Source of the DNA: an uncultured Bacteroidota bacterium
GTDB taxonomy: Bacteria > Bacteroidota > Bacteroidia > AKYH767-A > 2013-40CM-41-45
Assembly: GCA_963775555.1 (NCBI GenBank)
Contig: CAVZJJ010000004.1
Span: forward strand, 2,971,601 to 3,035,600
Direction: 5' to 3'
DNA: 64,000 nt
The notes under the pieces are model-generated. The model searched no databases. It worked only from the letters and a program-made list of their open reading frames with translations, and had not been told where the DNA came from. Position numbers and translations under genes: made by a program. Shown here piece after piece: positions 19,301 to 29,172 of the stretch (position 1 is its first letter; every line of letters starts with the position of its first letter).

Positions 19301-22084
19301 GATGAGCATCCTCCATACGGCCAGACCTATTGACCTCAGGTTAGAATATGCTTCATAAGGAAGGCAGATGAGAGTAAACAAGGTTTTAGTAAAAATGTCC
19401 ACAATACTGGCCCATGAATTTTTTAAGTGATGTGCCAGCTTTACGTCCTTAGGTTTCCGTATAAAACTCCATATCGAACTGATAAGGATTGGAAAGACAA
19501 TAATTCCGGAAACAATAATCGTCCATAAAAAAGTGGAAGGCAATATCAGCCAACCAATCAAAAGGAGTGCAGTAATAGCAAGCGGAATGAAACTGCGACG
19601 GATATTGTCAAAGATTTTCCAGCGTGACAATGTGGAAAGAGGATTTTTTGTCCAATTTTTGTTCGGCCCCGGAACAACAGGCAGAAACCAGGAGAAGATC
19701 TGCCAATCTCCGCGAACCCAGCGGGAAATTCTTTTAATATCCGCACGATAGCTGCCTGGATACTTCTCGAACAAGCTTACGTCGCTTACCAGTCCGGAGC
19801 GGACATAACATCCCTCCAAAAGGTCATGGCTGAGGATTCTGTTTTCAGAAAATTTTCCCTCGAGCACCTGGATAAAAGTATCAACATCATAAATTCCCTT
19901 TCCGATGAAGGATCCTTCTCCGAATAAATCCTGATATACATCGGAAGATGCTCGTGTATATGGATCAATGCCGGGTTCATTTCCATGCATTTGAGCGTAC
20001 GGTGTACTATTCGCATCAGGCAAACTTACCGAAACCCTTGGCTGAAGTATCCCATGACCCATGGTTACCCGCTTTCTTTTTTTGTCGTACCAAGGCCGGT
20101 TCAAAGGATGCGCCATGGTACCTATTAACTTCCAGGCCGAACTTAAGGGAAGTTGGGTATCTGCATCCAGGGTAATCACATATTTAATATGTGGAAACAG
20201 AGATTGGTCACCGATAACAATTGAAAAGCGGTCTTTTGCCCCTCCTCTCAACAATGAATTCAGTTCACTTAATTTCCCTCGTTTTCTTTCATAGCCCATC
20301 CACGCATTCTCCTTCGGATTCCAGTGCCTTGGCCGATGGAAGAGAAAAAACAAGTCCCTTTTTTCAGGGCTGTATTTTTTATTGAGATCCCGGATTTTTT
20401 GCTGCACTAAACTTATCAGGGCCTCGTCACCGGGAAGCGATTCGTGATGAGCATCCGTAAAATCTGTTAATAAACCAAAATGCAAATTACTGTTCCTGTT
20501 TGCCAGGAAACGAACTTCGAGCGATTCCACCAGGTTTTCAATTTCCTCTGAGTTACTAAGCATGGCAGGAATCACAACCAGTGTCCGGAATTCAGCAGGG
20601 ATCTCGTGGGAAAAATCCAATCTTGGTAATAAATGCGGTTTTACCAATAAGGTGGCAAAAAAATTAACCAGGGATATGGCAAGTTGACTCGCACAGAGCA
20701 CAGCAAGAACAGCTATGGAAATTAGAAGCCATCTGTTATGGGTATCCAAATATGCTTCGAACAAAATCCATGAACTTATTGCTGCCGTGACAAGCAATAT
20801 TGAAAAAAAATACATATTAAGGGCATTCCCTTTCGATATATAACGGATGCGTTCACCGCCCGACATTCGCATTCTCGCCAGTTGCCTTGTTTGAATGACA
20901 CCTTTTCCTACCAGGTAATAACCGACATGTGAGGTCCGGTCATCGTTTTCAATCTTGTTTGCATTTTCGTGCATCAACTCAATAGCCAAACGGGCTACTT
21001 GCTGCTCTGACAGCTTACTGTTTTTTGCAATATGTTCTACAACATGCCGGTAACGGTCACGCGTGGCAAAATCCATTAGTCCATATATTCCACCGTTGTC
21101 TTCCCGGAGAGTTTGTTCAACGATACTGTGTGTTTCCACAAAATTGCGCCAGTCCATAGCACTGATCAAACGAATACTACCAATACTATTGCTCATGGAG
21201 ACCTGGTCTGCGGCCTGCTTTTGAATTTCGGCATAGACTAATTCAGTACTCGTCAGGCCACTGTCGGACAATTGCTGCTCCATCCAGTTAAGTGCCAGTG
21301 CTAAATCAGGACCTTGCCCACGCAATTGCCTGGTTAACTCCGAAACAAAAGCACTTGACATAGGTGGCTTGGAACGCGCCATATCAGCGATTACAAGGAT
21401 GAGGTCCTTGGGATTTTTCTCAGCCGTCTCTGTCATTTGCTTCACCCAATAATCCGCAAGGTTGGCATCAATCCTGTCAATGGCGATACGGGCAGCCACA
21501 CGACGAAGATTTTCAATCAATGCCAGGTGAAGCATAATGGGTATCGCCCACAATTCACCTAATTGTAAGGATGTAACCGTCTGGTAGGCTTTAATAAAAC
21601 TACTCAGACTTTCAATATCTACCCTGCCATCGCTGTGAGAAATAATATTCAGTGCGACATCGTAGATGCGAGTACGTCCACCGGATGCTTCATCAAAAAG
21701 TTGAGGAAGGTCTTCGCTATAATCCTTAGGAAAGTTGATCTTAGCATTGCGTATATCTTCTTCAATCAGGTAAAAATTGTCAATAAGCCATTCCCCTGCT
21801 GGCGTAATCTGATATTTCTTTTTAATTGAACTGGTAAGCAGTTTGCGCACCTGATGCAAAACGATTTCATTGTCGGCAAGACGTTTTAACAGGTGATCTT
21901 TAGCAGGCTTGGAACTTAGCCTGTGCGATCCGGCCAGCTTTTTACCAAAGCGTTCCATCTGATCCGAAGTAAATAGCTCTGCCCGCAAAGGTTCTTCATT
22001 CAGGAAGCCTCCTTTAACATTGGCAGTTTGAAAAAAGGCGGCCATATTGGAAATGAGTTCGTGAGCCGCAGGTAATAATTTCAT
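13400..22084 (-). CDS. Cyclic beta-1,2-glucan synthase-like giant protein (2894 aa): an N-terminal region, a membrane-embedded glycosyltransferase with a DxD motif, and a C-terminal GH94 phosphorylase-like domain.
   Basis: Size and layout match Cgs/NdvB/ChvB. The GT motif YVITLDADTQLP is flanked by TM clusters. The C-terminal half has GH94-like (alpha/alpha)6 signatures (e.g. GGWTWYTGSAGWMYR). Confidence 0.65.
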   Translation of the reverse strand: MKLLPAAHELISNMAAFFQTANVKGGFLNEEPLRAELFTSDQMERFGKKLAGSHRLSSKPAKDHLLKRLADNEIVLHQVRKLLTSSIKKKYQITPAGEWLIDNFYLIEEDIRNAKINFPKDYSEDLPQLFDEASGGRTRIYDVALNIISHSDGRVDIESLSSFIKAYQTVTSLQLGELWAIPIMLHLALIENLRRVAARIAIDRIDANLADYWVKQMTETAEKNPKDLILVIADMARSKPPMSSAFVSELTRQLRGQGPDLALALNWMEQQLSDSGLTSTELVYAEIQKQAADQVSMSNSIGSIRLISAMDWRNFVETHSIVEQTLREDNGGIYGLMDFATRDRYRHVVEHIAKNSKLSEQQVARLAIELMHENANKIENDDRTSHVGYYLVGKGVIQTRQLARMRMSGGERIRYISKGNALNMYFFSILLVTAAISSWILFEAYLDTHNRWLLISIAVLAVLCASQLAISLVNFFATLLVKPHLLPRLDFSHEIPAEFRTLVVIPAMLSNSEEIENLVESLEVRFLANRNSNLHFGLLTDFTDAHHESLPGDEALISLVQQKIRDLNKKYSPEKRDLFFLFHRPRHWNPKENAWMGYERKRGKLSELNSLLRGGAKDRFSIVIGDQSLFPHIKYVITLDADTQLPLSSAWKLIGTMAHPLNRPWYDKKRKRVTMGHGILQPRVSVSLPDANSTPYAQMHGNEPGIDPYTRASSDVYQDLFGEGSFIGKGIYDVDTFIQVLEGKFSENRILSHDLLEGCYVRSGLVSDVSLFEKYPGSYRADIKRISRWVRGDWQIFSWFLPVVPGPNKNWTKNPLSTLSRWKIFDNIRRSFIPLAITALLLIGWLILPSTFLWTIIVSGIIVFPILISSIWSFIRKPKDVKLAHHLKNSWASIVDIFTKTLFTLICLPYEAYSNLRSIGLAVWRMLISRKKLLEWSTSSNDKKEQPESVFASYWAMWIEPFLAISGFTYLTIVAPFKLSVALPILSLWFLAPYITLWTSRPAPKQVALLSSKQKIFLRKIARKTWSYFERFVDENSQWLPPDNFQEQPAEQLAQRTSPTNIGLTLLANLTACDFGYISVAQLIERTTKTINTMKLLEQYKGHFYNWYNTETLDPLLPRYISTVDSGNLVGHLLVMRQGLLTLEHREILGLKLFEGLRDTLHVLADSLLESEDEMLRQFSQELETACKTDSGTIQELETRISGLRNSFASLFHRLNSDPESDTFWWKQKIMEQLDRMEEECQIFAPWLLLKDVPEKFDNISSVNANSTLADLLIAARKFWEELSRHQLGENTTAENEWLDAIKTSLAKSILVADERLKIADYLAKVCDEFADMEWGFLYDKSSHLFTIGYNVQEHKIDVSYYDLLASETRLCIFIGIAQGKIPEESWFALGRLLTNVNGKSILLSWSGSMFEYLMPLLVMPTYENTLIDQTCKAAVEWQIEYGKQKGLPWGISESGYNMINANLNYQYRAFGAPGLGLKRGLEEDSVIAPYASVMALMVKPEKACENLEMLSEKGFEGRHGFYEAIDYTPSRLPHGQSSATVFSFMAHHQGMSMLSIAYLLLDKPMQKLFEAEPQFKAALLLLQERIPKATTYFAHTTDVADLNYVASGKEMRVITTPNTPSPEVQLLSNGKYHVMVTNSGGGYSRWKDLNVIRWREDATCDNWGAFLYIRDLMSEAYWSNTHQPTLNRGEGYEAVYSQGRADFRSTNNKIETHTEIVVSPEDDIEMRRFSITNRSNAIRLIEFTSYAEVVLAPAASDLIQPSFSNLFVQTEILPQKNAILCTRRPRSAEEHPPWMFHLMTVQGKNGEEVSFETDRMEFIGRGNTVRNPQALRRPGPLSGKQGSVLDPIVSIRYKVQLEPDETVTVDMLLGIAETKDHCLNLVNKYQDKHHKDRIFELAWTHSQVVLRQINASEVDAQLYAQLASAILYTNSAFRADPAILINNQRGQSGLWGYSISGDLPIVLLKIEKQTSMQLVKQLVQAHAFWRLKGLIIDLVIWNEERTGYRQDFQNDILGLIPSELADRPGGIFVRAADQISSEDRVLFQTVARINISDLEGSLAEHVKRKQVSKGVVPYIVPLRPYKPNLTPIPLPYDLIFFNGIGGFSPDGTEYVIIIKDNVKTPTPWVNVIANPGFGTVISESGASYTWTENAHELRLTPWKNDPVSDSGGEAFYIRDEEIGNFWSATALPCSSQAPYICRHGFGYSLFEHKEDGIYSELLVYVDMESSIKFNVLKIRNESGRPRKLSATGYTEWVLGDNRTRNAMYIHTEVDPFTGAIFAKNPYNTEFSRRVAFFDTDDAKKTFTADRAEFIGRNGTLQNPDAMSRQKLSGRIGLALDPCTAIQASFELADGEEHEIIFRLGAGTDHHTASRLAQQFRGSAAAQESLKKVISYWQETLGAVQVETPDTAINIITNGWLTYQTLSSRLWGRSGFYQSGGAFGFRDQLQDVLSLLYAVPDLARKQILLSASRQFKEGDVQHWWHPPVGRGVRTRCADDYLWLPLVTAIYISHTGDSAILEEQVHWLEGRPLNQGEESYYDLPVQSFQSARLYDHCVLAIKHAFNYGEHGLPLMGAGDWNDGFDQVGKDGKGESVWMAFFLYDILIRFSKISSQNNDSAFADKCIQEAERLKENIDKSAWDGEWYKRAWFDDGTPLGSSINEECRIDSISQSWSVLSQAGDITRANIAMESAYKNLVRKDIGIIQLLEPPFDKSDMNPGYIKGYVPGVRENGGQYSHAAIWMIMAFAKLGNTKRVWELLNMINPINHGRTAKTIAMYKVEPYVLAADIYARSPHEGRGGWTWYTGSAGWMYRLIIESFLGLQREADKLRCAPCIPADWESFKVYYKYKNTPYHILVAQVHNTEELKVTVDGVEQSELLITLIDDGAEHHVEIRVMGTS

Positions 22085-22628
22085 AAATCCTTTCTTTGAT
22101 TTTAATCAATCTAATTACTAAAAACAGCACTCTGAAGTCAAAATTTCGCTGTTAGCAATCATGGCACCATGAGAAGATGCATAACACGAAGGTGCTAAAA
22201 ATAATCCAGCAGCTAAACCGGTTTTACACCTCAAAAAATAATTAAATGAACAAGTAAAATAACAAAATAAATCTCCCACAGCACGGCAATGTGAGCCTGA
22301 TATTCATGGGGAAGCCGTTTATTATTTCATTGAATCCAGAATAAATGGCAAGCTATACTGTCTTATCCTTCTGAATAAAATTGGCTGTGCTAAAGCGTCC
22401 AGACTATGATTCTTTGCAACTGGGTCTAACGTATCTTCACAGAAGTATACTTGGATACTACAATTGAAATAAACTATGAAAATGTGGACGAAAACATATA
22501 AACATCTGTTGGAAAATCAATCAGCAAAATGTGCAAAAGAATGAAATTAAGAAACGAAGTTTCGCCTTGTTCACTCTGTAGTTCAATCGTAAAATAAATT
22601 CATTCCTGCAATTTAAACAATCTTGAAA

Positions 22629-25600
22629 CTATGGCTTTTGCACGCTTATATTCAGGTTGAGATTATTTTCAATCAGACTAAAATCCATAGTCTCAACAAA
22701 GAAATCACCTGTAAGATCATGGAAATTATATTCCGATAAAAACTGCCCGGTTGCGTTTTGCAATTCATAAAAATCGGATAAATTGATTTGCCCATCAGGC
22801 ACCCCTCCGACGACACCATTGCTGATATCGCCACTATAAAATGCATAGACTCCAGGCTCGACAGTGACTTGATTAGAGCCAAATGCCTTGTTTGCGGCAC
22901 TGGCAAAATTATATAGTCCATTGGAAATAAGTGTCACAGGACTTCCGCTCCATGTTTCAAGTGCATTCCTGTGTTTGACAACAATATAATAACTCTTGCC
23001 CAGAGAATTCGAATTCAGTATAAAGTGTCCGATCCCGTTTACGTTTATCGTTCCGCAACAGCTTTCAATTAAAACATAGGGAGGAACAGAATTATGTAAT
23101 TCCAACGTCACTGTATCGCAAAGAGTCGGATACAATGCAGCGTTCACTGCCGCCCTCATTATCCCGTTACCCACAAAGTAGCCTTGAATAAACATTTTTA
23201 AACTATAGCCAAAGGTGCAATTCATAATACTTATATCCGATCCATTGTCGACCCCTACGGTAACCGGTGCCGAGGTAATGATTCTAATCCGATAGCCTGA
23301 ACCATTGCCAATATTAGATGGTATGATGCCAGTAATAGTTCCCCCACTGGTTCCCGAAAAAGTTCCAATTGTAATTGGACTGGAAAAAACACCCAATGAG
23401 TTACTCAGTTGAGCAGTGAAAACATTCCCTGAATTATAAGTACAATTCACGGTATATGGAATATTTACTGTACTATTTGTACACAAGGAAGATGAAATTC
23501 CACCGACTGCGATTGTAGCCTGGTTAAGAGTTACAGTAACAATTGCCGTATCCTGAGCTGATATACCAGACAATTGATGAGTGACAGTTAATACATATTG
23601 CTGTGTGCTGGTTGGTGATGCTGTCGGATTACTTACAATAGCTGAACTCAAACCTATTGAAGGCGACCAACTATAGTCGATTCCCGAGGTTGGGGCAGAT
23701 CCTATTGATGTAGAACTTCCTGCACAAATTGTTTTATCCACTCCGGCTTCTGCCATGACAGTCGCATTGACAGAAACATTATCGATAAATAAATTATTTC
23801 CGTACCGTGCTACGTTTCTAAAAGCAAGAAGAAACCTCTGCCCTATATATGCATTTAAATTGACACTCTCCGTCCTCCACTGGGAAGATGTGGGTACGAA
23901 GGAAGATGTTGAGTTTCCAGTTACGGTCGAGAGGCTTGCGCCTCCTGTATTATACAACTGAGTAAACGTTTGTCCACAGTCAGTAGAAATAAGTACCTGA
24001 AGTGTATCCTGGTAACTTTGGTTGGTATAACTCCAATAAGCGACATCAAATTGTAATGATATGGAGTTATAAGATTCGCCATTCATACTCGCTGTTCTTA
24101 TTTCATCCTTTTTACCTGTAGCATTTTGAGACCAATTGTTAAAATAGAAACTCTTTATGCCTGTTCCGAAACCACTTGCGCTTGAATTTAATTGCCATTT
24201 AATTCCGTCACTTGCATCATCAAATTCACTCCAATATATCGGAAGTGTACTAACACTTTCAAACGATTCACTTAAAGGCAAGTCTGAACCATTTGTATTG
24301 ATATAAGAAGTTTTAGTAATTGTGCTATTCGTGATTCCATCAGAAACGGTGAGAGTCACACTGTAAATTCCGGCAACAGAATATACGACTGTTGGATTGT
24401 CACTGGTTGAGGTTGAAGGAGAGCCTCCTGGAAAACTCCATGACCAGGATACAGGATTTCCGGCTGAAAAATCACTGAATTGCACAGAGCTACCGAGGCA
24501 AGGGTAATTGGTGTTTACGGTAAAATCTGCAAGTAAAGTATGAACACCAGAAATTGGCGACTCCCATATTCCTCTTCCATATGTTGCTACCCTAAGGATA
24601 GTATTAGCAGTACTGTCGTTGTAAATTGACATATCAACAACAGTAGTACGGGATGGAAGATTCTGATTGAATATAGTCCAGGCGGAATGATTCACCTGTT
24701 TATAATAAACCGTATTGTCACTTGCGATAAAAACCAATTCGTTTGACGAATAGTACTCATCAGCCAAAATTCGCGTGTGATTGACCGAAGGTAAATTCGA
24801 AGTAATATTAGTCCAGCTGGCACCATTATCGGCAGAACGATAAACCTTTGTATTGCATGTAATATAGATAGTATTGGGGGAATTTTTTATTGAGGTAATA
24901 CTTGCCGCACTGCCTGTTCCATTAGGCAAGGTATAGGATGCAAAAGTCGGAGTTGCACTGAGCGCATTTATAGAAACATAAATCATGGCATCCGATGTTA
25001 TCACATAAAGCCGATTGGGATCCGCGAAAGAACTATGCATAGCCATTATTTTCTTGTTCAGGTCCGCGATTTGGGTCCAGGAAGGAGTTGATGTCCTGAG
25101 ATTTGTGGTACGGAGAATAACAGTATCACCAACGAATGCAAGATCAGGATTGCTTCTGTGAAATACGATATCCTGCAAGAGGGTCACCCGTGGAGGTAAA
25201 CCATACGTTGCATCACTCCCGTTTACCAATCTACGCTTATTGATATTATGATAATATACCATTGAGCTGCCTGGACGATAATCGAAACTGCATTCACTGG
25301 ACCAATCACCGCCACGATTGGTAAACCATCCCGCTGAACTTGCATATAGTTCTCCATTATCCTGCGTACCAATACTGACCATGTCTCTACGGGTAGGGCT
25401 ACAGTTGCCGTGATAAATTTCATATCCTGCAATTCCATCACTTTTCGGATTCCATGAAGTGCCTCCGTTTGTACTCAGCCAAACTCCTCCATCATTCATG
25501 TTGTAGAGTTGAGTACTATTGTATGGATTTTCTACAATTTGATGCATATCAGTATGAACTGTAGCCCACCAGTCTGTCTGTTGAGTCCAGTTCAAACCAC

Positions 25601-26555
25601 CATCCGTTGATTTCCAGACACAATGTGCAACGTACCACAGAATATTGGGATTCGTCCGGTCAACACCAATGCCATGGTTGTAATCGCCTTGACCTGAACT
25701 AGCTGAACTATTTGTGTAATAAGAAATGTAAGGTGAGGAAGAAGTTTTTTGTGCAGTAAAAGTTGTACCACCGTCTATTGATTTGTAGATCATCCCTCCG
25801 TTCGCTACCATAGCGAGATAAACCACATTACTATCTGAAGGTGTTACTGCAATGCGAACTCCATTTCCATTGCTCACTCCTGAAGGCAAAACTATACCAG
25901 AGCTGATTTGTGTCCATGTGTCACCAAAATTCGTTGACCGGAAAAAAGCAGAATCAGTTGTAGCGGCAAATAAAGTGCGGGTAGTAGAGTTTTCCTTTAA
26001 TTTAAGGTCATCGAAAGTTCGGGCATTCGAAGTAAGAGTCCAGGAACTTCCTGCATCCAGTGTTTTAAAAATACCTGCATTGGTTGCAGCAACGATGGTG
26101 TTTTGATTCGTAGGATCCATGATCATCTCCACCACCAGCTTCCCCGACAGTCCTGAAGGCACAAAAGTATTTCCCCCATCTGTCGACTTCCAAACACCAC
26201 TTCCAGAATAATAATAATTGTGATCACCTGTACCCAGATAAATTACCTGGTCATTTGTAAAATCCACACACACAGAAGCAAGACGGGCATAAGGCATGAA
26301 GTCTGTCCCTGGTGCAACAATCCAATTGGCGCCTCCATTCGAAGTAATAAACAAACCACCACGGGCACTTATAGCATACATTTTATTTGGATTAGTCGGA
26401 TGAAATTTCAATTGACTTACACGACTAATTCCATGAATCTGCCCACTGGCATTTGTCGGGAACGATGCAGGCAACAACGCACTCCAGTTCGACTGCGCAA
26501 ATGAATGCGAAATTGTCAAAAAGAAAAACAATAGAATTTTAACAAATACTCTCAC
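22629..26555 (-). CDS. Secreted 1308-aa protein with a BNR/Asp-box beta-propeller region, PKD and Ig-like domains.
   Basis: Signal peptide. Repeated SxDxGxTW/F motifs (STDGGNTF, SIDGGTTF, STDGGLNW, STNGGTSW, SADNGASW). PKD-like segment WSWSFPGGSPSTS...YSVTLTVSDG. Confidence 0.55.
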   Translation of the reverse strand: MRVFVKILLFFFLTISHSFAQSNWSALLPASFPTNASGQIHGISRVSQLKFHPTNPNKMYAISARGGLFITSNGGANWIVAPGTDFMPYARLASVCVDFTNDQVIYLGTGDHNYYYSGSGVWKSTDGGNTFVPSGLSGKLVVEMIMDPTNQNTIVAATNAGIFKTLDAGSSWTLTSNARTFDDLKLKENSTTRTLFAATTDSAFFRSTNFGDTWTQISSGIVLPSGVSNGNGVRIAVTPSDSNVVYLAMVANGGMIYKSIDGGTTFTAQKTSSSPYISYYTNSSASSGQGDYNHGIGVDRTNPNILWYVAHCVWKSTDGGLNWTQQTDWWATVHTDMHQIVENPYNSTQLYNMNDGGVWLSTNGGTSWNPKSDGIAGYEIYHGNCSPTRRDMVSIGTQDNGELYASSAGWFTNRGGDWSSECSFDYRPGSSMVYYHNINKRRLVNGSDATYGLPPRVTLLQDIVFHRSNPDLAFVGDTVILRTTNLRTSTPSWTQIADLNKKIMAMHSSFADPNRLYVITSDAMIYVSINALSATPTFASYTLPNGTGSAASITSIKNSPNTIYITCNTKVYRSADNGASWTNITSNLPSVNHTRILADEYYSSNELVFIASDNTVYYKQVNHSAWTIFNQNLPSRTTVVDMSIYNDSTANTILRVATYGRGIWESPISGVHTLLADFTVNTNYPCLGSSVQFSDFSAGNPVSWSWSFPGGSPSTSTSDNPTVVYSVAGIYSVTLTVSDGITNSTITKTSYINTNGSDLPLSESFESVSTLPIYWSEFDDASDGIKWQLNSSASGFGTGIKSFYFNNWSQNATGKKDEIRTASMNGESYNSISLQFDVAYWSYTNQSYQDTLQVLISTDCGQTFTQLYNTGGASLSTVTGNSTSSFVPTSSQWRTESVNLNAYIGQRFLLAFRNVARYGNNLFIDNVSVNATVMAEAGVDKTICAGSSTSIGSAPTSGIDYSWSPSIGLSSAIVSNPTASPTSTQQYVLTVTHQLSGISAQDTAIVTVTLNQATIAVGGISSSLCTNSTVNIPYTVNCTYNSGNVFTAQLSNSLGVFSSPITIGTFSGTSGGTITGIIPSNIGNGSGYRIRIITSAPVTVGVDNGSDISIMNCTFGYSLKMFIQGYFVGNGIMRAAVNAALYPTLCDTVTLELHNSVPPYVLIESCCGTINVNGIGHFILNSNSLGKSYYIVVKHRNALETWSGSPVTLISNGLYNFASAANKAFGSNQVTVEPGVYAFYSGDISNGVVGGVPDGQINLSDFYELQNATGQFLSEYNFHDLTGDFFVETMDFSLIENNLNLNISVQKP

Positions 26556-26588
26556 ACCATTATGTTAATCAGGTTGTAGAAAAAGAAA

Positions 26589-27062
26589 TTATTTTTTATC
26601 ACTAAGATTATTTTTCATTTCAACTTGTTGCCTCTCCCAAATTTCTGTCCGCTCTCCGGTGCTGAGTATATGCCCGTCTTCCTGAACAAATGGCTTCATC
26701 TCTTTCATCCAATTACGGAACCGTTTTACCTGGTAAATCATTTGTTCTTTATCAACCAGCGCCTTTCGTTCTTCTTCTGTCAGCATCTTTTTGTTTTCCC
26801 TTTTCATTTCTCTTTCATACTCTATTTTAGAATGAGCATTTCCACTCATTAATTGTTCTTCAACTTCGTCATCGGGTTTGGGATGCGTTTTGAAATAGGA
26901 ATTAAACGCTTCTACTGTTTCAAAGTAATTTACACTTTCGTCGTTCATCATTTGAATCCAGACAGGTTGCTCCTTCGCATCATTCACTGTGGAAGCTGAT
27001 TGTGCATTCGCACCAAAACTGATGCAAGACAATGTTATCAATATAGATCTTGTGAATTTCAT
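26589..27062 (-). CDS. Hypothetical secreted protein (signal peptide MKFTRSILITLSCISFGANAQ).
   Basis: ORF with a signal peptide and a Lys/Glu-rich C-terminus. No recognizable domain. Confidence 0.3.
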   Translation of the reverse strand: MKFTRSILITLSCISFGANAQSASTVNDAKEQPVWIQMMNDESVNYFETVEAFNSYFKTHPKPDDEVEEQLMSGNAHSKIEYEREMKRENKKMLTEEERKALVDKEQMIYQVKRFRNWMKEMKPFVQEDGHILSTGERTEIWERQQVEMKNNLSDKK

Positions 27063-27677
27063 TATATGACGATCAGGAATTAATTGCAAACTAATTTTTT
27101 GTCTATTTTGAAAAATGCAGCCAGATCTCGTAAATGGCTTATGAATCAGTGTTTTCAGCCAATATCTCGGAATACAAGTCTACAAAATATCCTTCAAATT
27201 TGCCAGAGTGAAGAATCCTTGATTATACATTTTTCAGATAATTTAAGCAGATTTGATTAGAAAATTTCCATAAACACGAGAGTTCGAAGGCCCTGTTAAT
27301 TGACCAGTTACAGAAGTGCTTTGCCTGAAGCTCTTTTCATACAGACATGAATTTAGCCTTATTCTATAAGTGAATACCAAAAAAGCAATACTTCATCATT
27401 CCACATAATTATAGCTCAGACTCCATTTGCAAAAAGTTAAGACATGTGTGTTTCACTAAACCTAGAACAAATAAAATCCGGATGCCCCTTCCTCGCCCCT
27501 GCAACACATCCTTTATTTTTAATAACTTCTAATTTTTATAAAGCATTTTTTCACATGGCTAAAAATCCTCTGAAAAATTGATTTGAATTTAAAAGAAATG
27601 ATATACTAAGTCGCCACCCACTTGTTCTTATCCATGGAGTAGATTTTAACATTAAGATACAAGTTTGCACGTAGGAA

Positions 27678-28337
27678 TTGGGAAAAAAAATGAAGCAAAC
27701 ACCTGCTAAAATTGTATCTTTATATTTCAAATTCGCTTTTTTGAAAACACATTTAGTCATTTTAAGCATCTTATTCGTGATTCCGGCATGGGCTTATAGC
27801 CAAACTGAATACAAGCCAAAATATTCCCCACGCAAGGAAAAACACAGAAACAAAAGAGATGAATTGGATCGCAAGCAAGGCCTTTGGAAACACTACAATT
27901 ACTTAGGTACTCTCATTCAGGAGGTAGAATACCTGGATGATAAACGGAATGGAATTCAAAGACTTTATTATGGGAATGGAAGGGTGATGAGGGAAACAGA
28001 GTACCTATATGGTATTAAAGACGGTTCATTCAAAAGATATAGTTATGATGGTTTAGCAACAGAAGGTGAATATGTCGAAGGGAAGAAACAAAATCAATGG
28101 ACTAATTATTACAGTAGCGGACAGATAAAAAACACCGGGTTTTATTTGAAGGGCTATAAGGATGGCATCTGGAAATATTACAATCGGAAGGGAGAACAAA
28201 TAAACACCATAGTTTTCAAGGGCGGCAGGGACGTGCAGGAAATTCTGGAAGCAGAAAAGAAAGCTGCTGACGCAAAGAAAGCTACAGAAGCAAAAAAACA
28301 AGCCGAGAAAAAAGAACTCTATAGAAAGTATAAATAA
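27678..28337 (+). CDS. MORN-variant / YwqK-family repeat protein with an N-terminal signal/anchor and a KA-rich C-terminal tail.
   Basis: Repeats of the form GxWKxYYxNGxxxxExxYxxGKKxGxW. C-terminal EAEKKAADAKKATEAKKQAEKK. Confidence 0.5.
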   Translation: MGKKMKQTPAKIVSLYFKFAFLKTHLVILSILFVIPAWAYSQTEYKPKYSPRKEKHRNKRDELDRKQGLWKHYNYLGTLIQEVEYLDDKRNGIQRLYYGNGRVMRETEYLYGIKDGSFKRYSYDGLATEGEYVEGKKQNQWTNYYSSGQIKNTGFYLKGYKDGIWKYYNRKGEQINTIVFKGGRDVQEILEAEKKAADAKKATEAKKQAEKKELYRKYK

Positions 28338-28509
28338 GTAGTTGCAAATAAAAGCGATCCTGACCTGAACAGATCGTTGACAGAATAATAAATTGCCGGC
28401 AAAATAAACTATTCGACAGTATACTCAACTAAAATAAAAGAATGCAAACTTTTTCCGGATAAGAATCCACAGAAAAAGTAACCAATGAGGAGTGTATTCT
28501 TGAAGTTAC

Positions 28510-29172
28510 TTATTTAATATGGCAACTCAAACAAATAGCGGAACCCTGATTGCTCATGGTCAATAAATATCCATTGGGGTTGCTGTGAACCAGGTGACAA
28601 GAAGTACACTGAATCTTACTATTGGCATCCAATAAATCCTGCACTCGTTTAGTACCTGAATAAATGTGCGTTTTGTCCCATACGCCACCGGCTTGCAATG
28701 AGTCGTACACAAAAGAAATAGGGTGATCATCGCGCAGACTCAAGCCAATCTTTGCATCACTGGTCATACGTGCAAACCCTGTTTGTCCGCCAAAAGCACC
28801 CAAGGCTACCGAACCATCATGACAGGAAAGGCACAATTTAGAAGTTCCGTCAGGAGCTGTTACCCCATAACCAGCACCTCCGGGGCCAAATTCAAAACCG
28901 GTGTACATTTGATAAGTCGCAGTTGTAAAAGCGTGGTTCCAAAGTGGAGCAGCTGTAATTGAAAGGTCGGCATTGTGTGGAGTGTGACAAGGCTGGCAAA
29001 TCTGTCCACCCATCATTGTAGTTGCATTATATGCATTCCACTGAACTGAGGAAAAATCATGGACTGAGCCGGCAATTGAAGTTGTTATTGCGCCGGGACC
29101 AAAATAGGTTTGACTACTACTTAATAAAGGGAGAGTAAAGCCTAGTAATACGATAATAAATATTTTTTTCAT
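28510..29172 (-). CDS. Secreted tetraheme c-type cytochrome (4 CxxCH motifs, doubled-CXXCH-like).
   Basis: Signal peptide. CQPCH, CLSCH, CTSCH and CLSCH motifs in 220 aa. Confidence 0.6.
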   Translation of the reverse strand: MKKIFIIVLLGFTLPLLSSSQTYFGPGAITTSIAGSVHDFSSVQWNAYNATTMMGGQICQPCHTPHNADLSITAAPLWNHAFTTATYQMYTGFEFGPGGAGYGVTAPDGTSKLCLSCHDGSVALGAFGGQTGFARMTSDAKIGLSLRDDHPISFVYDSLQAGGVWDKTHIYSGTKRVQDLLDANSKIQCTSCHLVHSNPNGYLLTMSNQGSAICLSCHIK

